Shown piece by piece: positions 1 to 7,825 of a stretch of 10,031 nucleotides of DNA (position 1 is the stretch's first letter; each line of letters begins with the position of its first letter). The notes under the pieces were generated by a model. That model had not been told where the DNA came from. It saw nothing but the letters and a program-made list of their open reading frames with translations, and did not search any database. The position numbers and the translations under genes were made by a program. Origin of the DNA: Trichoplax adhaerens (taxonomy: Eukaryota; Animalia; Placozoa). The stretch lies in assembly GCF_000150275.1 (NCBI RefSeq), contig NW_002061122.1:1-10031 (forward strand), read 5' to 3'.

Positions 1-1750
1 GGATTTCTATTACTTCTCGATGCTTACGTTCAATCTCTGCCATCAATTCCTCATTCGACATTTTTTCGGCTTCTTGCATGATAACTTTTACTGCTACTAT
101 TAACCATGTACCGAGATTTTTACCACTTTCCTGTGATAGCTTTATTGAAAGGTTATTAACCCTCTCTAGTTCTAAATAAGATATTACGGCGCCAAGTTTA
201 TTTTTATCTCGGCCCTGTGGATCAAAAAAGAATGTTATAAAATTCTCTGAAGAATCTTTCTTAACTATCCTTTTAATCAACAATATAGCCCAATGGGTCT
301 TTTCAAATTTGATGGGTAGAATGGTAAAACGGACATTACTTCTCTGTGATAGCGTTACTAATTTCTTCATATTGCTAGAATGATTTTCAATGGAAATATC
401 TGAACTCGTCAAAGAGATGGAATCATCTTCAAATTGAAAATCTACTGCGGACATTATATCTTTTAGTGCGCTATCGATGTGATTACTCGTATCTAAAGGC
501 CTAGGATTATCTTTTATGTTAATATCCATTACTGGTAAGATATCATCTTGTTGATCATCGATATTGCATTTTGTATATAGCAAATATCCAATGTTATCAA
601 TGTCTAGCTGGTAGTTCATTTCATTTTCACTTGCCCTGTCCTCAGCTTGTATGCATTCTTCATCATGAATTTCTTCTCTGGTCGGCTCTAGTTCCTTCTT
701 GTCATTAGCCTTACCACTTACAGTAATGGCTTTGATACATTGTTCCATCTCCGCTGTCACATGAGTAAGTAATAATGGTGATTTCGGTGGCATATCTATG
801 AATTTTGTACAGTCATAAACAATAATCACTGCTTCCATAATGGCTGTTATTGATGCTGGAATCCATGTTTGATCAGATTTCCAGTCTTCCATATTGACTG
901 ATAATCTAACCAGATTATATGAATGGAAAAGTTCGCCAAGGATACTTTGGAGAAGACCGAAATCTGTTTCTATGATGCCCTCATCACGACCTTGATCTCC
1001 TTCACGCGAATGAATTACAAAGACATCGATTGATTCCTCTGATCCATTTTGAAGTATCACCATTGAAATATTATCCCTTGCATTAGTAAGTAAAGGCATA
1101 ATAATAAAATGTTTGTTCAAGTTTAAATTTTCTATACGTAATCTATGGGGTTTTATTCTTTTCTTAAATTCTGAAGGGTTGCCAAGGTTAGTAGGCAACA
1201 AGACTGCGTACGTGTATAATTCTTCATAATCTGAAAAAATGGTTGAAACACTTAGTTGATGATCTAAGAAACGATGGTAATACTTTTCCCTAATTTTTGT
1301 ATTTCTGATAACATCTTGTTTATTCATCATGCTGATTTTGACCAATTCATCTATTCTGTCCCTATACCTATCTCTTCCAAATACAGATGTAACTACCACG
1401 GCTTGAATGAAATCTATTATCCATGTTTCACAAGTGCAAAATTTATTTGGTTGTAAACGACCGGGGTCTAGATGGGAATTAAAAAAGTAAGCTCTTGTTT
1501 TTTGACTCCCTGAACCTTGCTTAATCACTGTTGTCATCCAATGGGTTTGCTTGAATTTGAGTAGAAAAATAAAAAAGTGTTTCCTTATTACCTCTTTGAT
1601 ACATCCTTGTATTTTACTAAATAAATTTTTGCATTCTTGTTCATCGTCGAGGTGGAATACTTTAACATCAAATTCATATGCAGGATCTATTCTATCTTGA
1701 AAACGTTTATTGTGCAATCGGGAGAGTATTTTATATCGCAAAGAATCCAT
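1..1750 (-). CDS. Large intronless protein (partial, >=583 aa, continues past the left edge) with three tandem CE-clan/Ulp1 (C48)-like protease repeats; putative deubiquitylase/deSUMOylase-like
   Basis: Manual translation from ATG at 1750 gives MDSLRYKILSRLHNKRFQDRID...EIERKHREVIEI with no stop in 583 codons, in AT-rich DNA. An in-frame TAG lies 3 codons upstream (1759-1757). Motifs FIFLLKFKQTHW...AYFFNS...QPNKFCTCETW and FTILPIKFEKTHWAILLI...FFFDPQG...QESGKNLGTW match the CE-clan pattern P-x-HW...D/N...Q-x5-CG. The family call is from motif recognition, not a database search. Confidence 0.85.
   Translation of the reverse strand, partial: MDSLRYKILSRLHNKRFQDRIDPAYEFDVKVFHLDDEQECKNLFSKIQGCIKEVIRKHFFIFLLKFKQTHWMTTVIKQGSGSQKTRAYFFNSHLDPGRLQPNKFCTCETWIIDFIQAVVVTSVFGRDRYRDRIDELVKISMMNKQDVIRNTKIREKYYHRFLDHQLSVSTIFSDYEELYTYAVLLPTNLGNPSEFKKRIKPHRLRIENLNLNKHFIIMPLLTNARDNISMVILQNGSEESIDVFVIHSREGDQGRDEGIIETDFGLLQSILGELFHSYNLVRLSVNMEDWKSDQTWIPASITAIMEAVIIVYDCTKFIDMPPKSPLLLTHVTAEMEQCIKAITVSGKANDKKELEPTREEIHDEECIQAEDRASENEMNYQLDIDNIGYLLYTKCNIDDQQDDILPVMDINIKDNPRPLDTSNHIDSALKDIMSAVDFQFEDDSISLTSSDISIENHSSNMKKLVTLSQRSNVRFTILPIKFEKTHWAILLIKRIVKKDSSENFITFFFDPQGRDKNKLGAVISYLELERVNNLSIKLSQESGKNLGTWLIVAVKVIMQEAEKMSNEELMAEIERKHREVIEI
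98..331 (-). other. CE-clan-like repeat 3 core, catalytic Cys replaced by Leu
   Basis: H486-W487 (His codon 295-293), D510 in FFDPQG (223-221), Q540 (133-131). The position six residues after Q is L546 (NLGTW instead of xCGxW). Confidence 0.65.
857..1114 (-). other. CE-clan-like repeat 2 core, degenerate
   Basis: KHFIIMPLLTNARDNISMVILQ...IDVFVIHS...RLSVNMEDWKSDQTWI keeps the hydrophobic strand pattern and terminal TW of repeats 1 and 3 but has no HW, D or C. Confidence 0.45.
1415..1582 (-). other. CE-clan-like repeat 1 core, candidate catalytic residues retained
   Basis: H70-W71 (His codon 1543-1541), N91 in YFFNS (1480-1478), Q100 in QPN (1453-1451), C105/C107 in CTCETW. Confidence 0.6.
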
Positions 1751-1929
1751 TTCCGCCTAATTTGATCTTGACAGAGTTTACGAGTTCGTTTTTATAGGTA
1801 TTACCTGTTCTTTGTTATTAATAACCGCAATTAAATTACGTCATATAGACATTAACATATAAAAGTCTAAAATTAATCAATTAGACCGTACATAAACGAT
1901 AGATGACTATCGAAACTAAGTGGCTGGCC

Positions 1930-2074
1930 TACTCGTTCATTTGTTCAACAACAATGAGATAATATGTCTTTAAGACATCAGCTAGCTAATTTAGTTAGAA
2001 ATGTAAAAATCAAGCTCATTTATTTGATTATATTTCCTTGCCTAATTTAATTGCGCTCGTCGTCATATTTTATT
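1930..2074 (+). repeat. ~145-bp diverged direct repeat, copy 1
   Basis: Starts TACTCGTTCATTTGTTCAACAA (identical to 2559-2580) and stays colinear through AGCTAATT, AAATGTAAAA and GTCGTCATAT. Confidence 0.9.
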
Positions 2075-2558
2075 GTAGAGTAATATTGGATGAAAAAAAC
2101 TAAGTAAATAACAACAATTGAAGTCCACATAAAATAAATTAGGAGAAAAACACCAGTTTATTATAACATTAGCAACAATCTTAGCAAAATATCTTAAAGG
2201 AGTAACAAAATACGGGCAGAACTACTGCCTCAACCAACCAAACTATATATTAATGAGATAACTCACCATTATCCTAGATTTTTCTTGTCTTCTCTGTCTT
2301 TAACTGCACTAAATTATCGAACTACGCCACCCTTTATATGCTTCGTAGAGCAGTTGTTAGTATCAGATTCTCCAATTATCATTCTAAAAGTTCTCCAAAT
2401 TAAACTAGGAATCAAACTCAAATAATAAAGATAAATTATACCCTAGATTCCTGAAATTACTAAATTAGTATAATCGTAGTTTAGCTTAAAATTGTAGATT
2501 TCTACAGTATACACAAAGAAAGAACAACAATCTTAAATTGGAACCCAGAACAAACGTT

Positions 2559-2703
2559 TACTCGTTCATTTGTTCAACAATAACGAGATAATGCGCCTTC
2601 AAGACACCAATTAGCTAATTCAGTAAAAATGTAAAATCAAACACAGTTTACTTGTTTATGTTTTCTAGCATAATTAAATCGCGTTTGTCGTCATATATAT
2701 TAT
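2559..2703 (+). repeat. ~145-bp diverged direct repeat, copy 2
   Basis: Aligns by eye to 1930-2074 with many substitutions; offset is 629 bp. Confidence 0.9.
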
Positions 2704-2737
2704 ACTATAATTATAGGAAAACAGTAGCTGTGTAGTG

Positions 2738-2759
2738 AATAATTAATTAATTAATTATT
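2738..2759. repeat. (AATT)n low-complexity perfect 22-bp palindrome
   Basis: AATAATTAATTAATTAATTATT is its own reverse complement. Confidence 0.8.
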
Positions 2760-3628
2760 AACTGCGTGTCGAAGTGCAGTGGCTGGATTGCTGAGTATCT
2801 AAATTGTATTCATAAATAAAGCCATGCGATAGTTGGTTTAATGTTAGTGCGGCATCTTGAACTAATATACAAGTTTTACTGAATACAGTGCAAGATAACT
2901 ACCAGTATTTACGAAAAAATTCAAGTAAGTCACCAGCGAAGCATAACCAGCCGGTAGTTAGCTAGTGATTATAGTCAAGAAGAAATTCTATAAGATAGGG
3001 GGCGTTTTCTCGTTCATGCCTTTAATTAAGAATATCTCGTAGCTGATCTCAGTATCCTTGACAATTGGAAAATTTTATATCTTATTACGATTTAGTTCTT
3101 ACAAATCCCACGTAAGAACTTACTAAAGGTAGCTTAATGCGGATTACACGTGATCTATTTATAATATGAAATAGTGTTCTTAGCGGAACATGCTATTAAA
3201 AATATATGCATCAACTTCTTGCCGTTTAGTATTGAATATGCCGGCGCTGAGATACCTCAACTATCGGATTATCTGAGATAATTGCTATAAGGATTTAAAA
3301 CCAGTTTAATAGCCGTAGGTTAAGTAATCAGGCTACTTTTATTCACTACTCAACAACGCATGACGCAATCAAATATTACGGATATCGCTCGCGATGTACG
3401 TAACTTTATGAATTCTTGATAGCCCGTGACTCGCGAAAGCTAAATTACAATATATCACAAATTACAATAAGGATAATTATTTGATACGAAATATCATGTT
3501 TACTTGAATATGTTAATTGTTATTACTGCACTACGCTGCCTAAAATATAGAGTTTAAGAAATTATTGTTGCTCACAGTGTTTCAGTATTAGAGTATAGGA
3601 AATGCTATGATTTGCTGTACTTACAAGC

Positions 3629-4942
3629 GTAATGAAATGAAAAATGTGAAGATCAAGCTATAAAACTTTAACAAACTTTGATTCTACTTTCGTTGCACTC
3701 TGTTCGACTTAACGAAACTTTGACACCAAATAAAATTTGGGGAAACAACCGAACAACAATTTATTAAATGAAATGGAGAGAAGTATAAACCGAGCAACCT
3801 TACAAATACTTAACTTTAAGTGTTAATAAAATAAGCGACAGACTTAAAACTGTCAACAACCAAACAACCTTTCAAAAAGAAGAATGTTTTAGCTTACGAC
3901 AACTCGACCCCGAAGGCCTTCAAAATTCAACAAGTTCGTCAAAAGAATCTTCTTCTACTCTCTCTAAATTTTTTAATTGCACTATCATTTACAGGCTTCG
4001 CAGAGCCGTCAGAGGTATTTAAAACTAAATATTTCCTAACCAATCGCTCTTAAGATCCATTTTACAAAACTACTTTGCACCATTTAAGAAAACAAAAATA
4101 ATTCAAAGTTCAGACACAATTTACCTTATGATTCCCTTACAAAACACTATAAAACCAACAAACTAACTATAAAATACTTCAAGCTTCACTTCTAACATAA
4201 TTTTTATCATTAATACATTATAAAAGTCTAAAAATCAACCTTTAAACATCAAGATTTAGTCATAAAAATAACAGTCTAACTCTTAACAATCAACACAACC
4301 TCTGCCATTTGCCATCTTATTTACTATTTTCTTAACTAAACTTTCCTAATGTAACTTTCATATCACGTCATAAAATTCCAAAGTTTAAAATTTACAACAA
4401 AAAGTGCAAATTTCAAAAATCAACTCTTACAACATTTTCCAAAAATTATGTCGGACACAAATCCGACCGGTTTCGAAATCTAAATTCGAAAATCCGAATT
4501 TGATAAAAATCACATATCGCTAGTCAAAAGATTTTATATGACAACTACGACTACTTTCCTGACATTAGTATTGACAGTTGATGTTTTAGCATGAAGTAGC
4601 GCGGTAACTGGGCGATTACAACTTACATTACAGTACCTTACCGTCATGTAATAAATCCCCTTTCTCTATGGATAGGGTTTTGTTACTAACTCAAATTCAT
4701 TTACAATTTGAATAGACTATCAAGCGCCCTTTCTTTAGATTAGGCGATTGCTCTTAAGTTATTTCTATAGTAATCTATATAATACCTTGTAAAATAATGA
4801 AGAAGAAAAGATGGCGACATCATGATTTGTTAGGGTAAAACTTAAATACACTATCACTTTCTAGGTATTTTCTAAAGTGCAATAATGATAGTTACATACT
4901 AAAAGCTATAAGGGACTCTGGTTTCAGTCCTTTACTACACAA
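3629..4942 (+). repeat. Direct duplication, copy A (1314 bp): left-truncated TIR element plus ~380 bp of shared right flank
   Basis: Colinear with 5460-6873 from GTAATGAAATGAAAA to TTTACTACACAA, with scattered substitutions and indels. Contains the right inverted repeat at 4549-4564 but no left one. Confidence 0.95.
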
Positions 4943-5397
4943 CTGTAGGAATTATATCAATATCACTCTTGTTTATTGGAAAATTAAAGCTATGAACGCT
5001 ATTCGTAATGTGATACAGCTGCTAGCCGGAAGGCTTTGTGATAACGTCCATAATTTAGAGAAGATTATTTTTTATAAACAAGTTTATCCTTATATCTAAT
5101 TACTTCATTAAGATGTGTCTGTTATTTCTTTGTTAGTAAAACGTTGATTTATGAGTACATTTATTGGTTTAAACCAGTTGATTTTGTGAGGTGATTGTGA
5201 ATAGTGAGTTCACTGAATATAGCTGTTTTGTAGGTTGTAGTACAGCATGTCTATTGATTGTTAGCCTTTTAGAAGGGCATAGTAGTTCTTAGGCGTTATA
5301 GTAACAGTAACATATTCTTACTAGATCTTTCGACAGATTAAGGTAATAATCTGTACAAGCAACTCAGAGTAAGTGCTTTATGTTAGATAAGTAAATT

Positions 5398-6472
5398 TGT
5401 CAGGAAGTAGTCTGTGACACATAACCTAAAATCTGATTGGTAGAGTCTTTGAAGCAAATGTAATGAAATGAAAAGTGTAGAGATCAAGCTACAAAACTTT
5501 AACAAACTTTGATTCTACTTTCGTTGCACTCCGGTCGACTTAACTCTAATACTTTGACACCAAATAAAATTTGGGGAAATAACCGAACAACAATTTATTT
5601 CAAAACAAAAATGGAGAGAAGTATAAACCGAACAACCTTACAAATACTTAGCTTTAAGTATTATTAAAATAAATGGCAGACAAAAAAAAAACTGTCAACG
5701 ACCAAACAACCTTTCAAAAAGAAGAACGTTTTAACTTACGACAATTCGACCCCGAAGGCCTTTTAAATTCAACAAGTTCTTCGAATAAAATCTTCTTCTA
5801 CTGTCTCTCTAAATTTTCTAATTGCACTATCATTTATAGGCTTCGCAGAGCCGTCTGAGGTATTTAAAACTAAACATTTGCTAACCAATCGCTCTTAAGA
5901 TCCGTTTTACAAAACTACTTTGCACCATTTAAGAAAACAAAAATCATTCAAAGTTCAGACACAATTTACCCTACGATTCCCTTACAAAACACTATAAAAC
6001 TAACAAGCTAACTGTAAAAATACATCAAACTTCATTTCTAACATAATTTCTATCATTAATACACCATAAAAGTCTAAAAATCAACCTTTAAACATCAAGA
6101 TTTAGTCATAAAAACAGCATTCTAATTACCTAATAATCAACACAACCTCTGCCAATTTCCATCTTATTTTCTATTTTCCTCACTAAATCTCCTAATGTGA
6201 CTTCAAGTCACGTCATAAAATTCCAAAGTTTCAAATTCATAACAAAAAGTCCAAATCTCAAAAATCAACTCTTACGATATTTTTCACAAACAAAAATCCA
6301 AAAATTAAAACAGAAAAATTATAATCCAGACATAAATTAAAAATAAACCCGACCGGTCCCAGAATCCGAAAACTATATCGGACACAAATCCGGAAAAATT
6401 CGCTTTTTATAAAGATCACAGTAATCACTTATCAAAAAAATTTATATGACTACTACGACTACTTTTCTGACA
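5398..6472. mobile_element. Putative non-autonomous TIR transposon (MITE-like) or solo-LTR-like element, 1075 bp, with TGT...ACA termini
   Basis: Left end TGTCAGGAAGTAGTC (5398-5412). Right end GACTACTTTTCTGACA (6457-6472). Copy A right end GACTACTTTCCTGACA (4549-4564). No coding capacity and no 4-6 bp TSD (flanks AAATT / TTAGT). Confidence 0.6.
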
Positions 6473-6873
6473 TTAGTATCGCTTAGTATTCGCGAGTATT
6501 GACAGTTGATGTTTTAGCGTCAGATTGTACTGTAACTGTACGAGTATAGACTACATTACAGTACTTTATCGTCATGTTATAAATCCCCTTTCTCTAAGGA
6601 TAGGGTTTTGCTACTAAGTCAAATTTCTTTACGATTTGAATAGACGATCAAACGCCCTCTCTTTAGATTAAGCATTTGCTCTATAGGGCTACGTGTATAG
6701 TAATCTGTATAATACCTTGTAAAATAATGAAGAAGAAAAGATGGCGACATGATGATTTGGCAGGGTAAAACTTAAAGACACTATCACTTTGTAGGTATTT
6801 TGTATAGTAAAATAATACTAATTACATACTAAAAACTACAAAGGACCCTACTTTTAGTCCTTTTACTACACAA
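5460..6873 (+). repeat. Direct duplication, copy B (1414 bp)
   Basis: Colinear with 3629-4942. Extra sequence lies around 6285-6400 and 6473-6500. Confidence 0.95.
5734..6215 (-). promoter_or_regulatory. Candidate Pol II promoter and first non-coding exon inside the element
   Basis: Minus-strand order: TGACGTGA (6215-6208), CCAAT box (5885-5889), TTTAAATA (5868-5861), TATAAA (5838-5833), donor GTAAGT (5739-5734). Most motifs are also present in copy A. Confidence 0.3.
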
Positions 6874-6979
6874 AGATATAATTTGTTTGTAACCTTTTTG
6901 CATCACTACGCATCGGCAATATAGGATACGATTATCATAAGAATCACAGTAAGGTTAACTTTATCGGTACAAAACACAA

Positions 6980-6985
6980 TTTATT
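6980..6985 (-). terminator. Candidate polyadenylation signal AATAAA for the membrane-protein gene
   Basis: TTTATT on the plus strand about 290 nt past the terminal stop. The hexamer is common in AT-rich DNA. Confidence 0.25.
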
Positions 6986-7275
6986 TCACCATCACCTAAT
7001 CCAGAATCTAAATGCTAAGTACCGATAAAGATCAGTAGTATGGAAGGAATTAGAATTAATCACTTCAAAGTTTCATTCTACCGTTACAGTATATAAACTG
7101 CCAGGTAGAACTTTCCTTCATATAAAAGTCGCAATTTACAAATTAGCTAGAGATCTACGTGTATTAGAGCCTATTGCTTATTTTAGCAAAGTTTTACACC
7201 TTCTGGACATTATTAATTCCAATTTTGTGAGTATTACCACTAGGTTGATTGTAATGACTATGATCGGGTTAGTAG

Positions 7276-7353
7276 CTAATTATAATTGACAGAAAGCACT
7301 TGCGCTGGATTTCCGACGTATCCAGTTGTTACAGCATCTTGTTGCATAGGTAC
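7276..7353 (-). CDS. Small membrane protein, putative terminal exon (VPMQQDAVTTGYVGNPAQVLSVNYN*)
   Basis: Acceptor TTGTAG|G after a 90-nt intron, locally higher GC, open in phase 0 to TAG at 7278-7276. It is coding only if the upstream frameshift is corrected; otherwise it is 3' UTR. Confidence 0.5.
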   Translation of the reverse strand, partial: VPMQQDAVTTGYVGNPAQVLSVNYN

Positions 7354-7443
7354 CTACAAGTTAATATAATCAATTCGAATATAGTTAGAAATAGATGACT
7401 AAATATGACTGAAAGAAAGTTAGCTATAAAATTGTTGACTTAC

Positions 7444-7695
7444 CGGCATGATTGAAAGATTGGTATATCTACTGTTTAAAGTTTTCCTGGATACCTTGCA
7501 AAAGATAACTGCAACATGTATGCAATAGCAAAGAAGAAAACGTAAACCGCAGCAGCGAAGGCAGTACCAAAATAAGCTATTGCTGTGACTGCTTGAGCAG
7601 CCTGACCAATACTTTGGCCATTTTGAAATTGATGGACGATTGCGGTAGTCATCCCAACCAATATCATAATTGTTAAAACCAGCCCACCAATAGTG
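7444..7695 (-). CDS. Small membrane protein, main exon with two hydrophobic helices; stops at 7476 as written (probable frameshift)
   Basis: Reads STIGGLVLTIMILVGMTTAIVHQFQNGQSIGQAAQAVTAIAYFGTAFAAAVYVFFFAIAY..., with higher GC and GCN-rich codons. Strong donor CCG|GTAAGT at 7444/7443. Confidence 0.7.
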
Positions 7696-7793
7696 CTGTG
7701 ATGATTATCTTAGCTATACTCGTATCTTATTGCATTATCTAATCTTTACTATTGACATATATGATGTGGTAGCTATTAAATATTATAAGTTAC

Positions 7794-7825
7794 CTGTATA
7801 AGGTGATTTTAGAATTGTTAGCCAT
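7794..7825 (-). CDS. Small membrane protein, first coding exon (MANNSKITLY)
   Basis: AAAAATGG start context with an in-frame upstream TAA. Donor AG|GTAACT in phase 2 matches acceptor CACAG|C at 7695 (98-nt intron). Confidence 0.55.

Noticed and set aside
1274-1456. 60-aa plus-strand ORF from the track
   Set aside because: It is an antisense shadow of the 583-codon minus-strand ORF.
3268-3282. ATTATCT-G-AGATAAT inverted repeat
   Set aside because: A 7-bp AT-rich stem is expected by chance in 10 kb.
4797-4838. 13-codon ORF MKKKRWRHHDLLG, also at ~6727-6768
   Set aside because: Too short, and its presence in both copies is explained by the duplication.
5673-5858. 61-aa plus-strand ORF from the track
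   Set aside because: It lies inside the repeat; copy A lacks the ATG (ATAAGCGACA) and has indels, and the product has no recognisable motif.
6473-6485. TTAGTATC after the right TIR as a tRNA-Met primer-binding site
   Set aside because: Only partial resemblance to TGGTATCAGAGC, and it differs in copy A.
3629-6873. Copies A and B as paired LTRs of one retroelement
   Set aside because: Copy A lacks the left terminus, homology runs past the CA end, and the spacer has no PBS, PPT or coding remnant.
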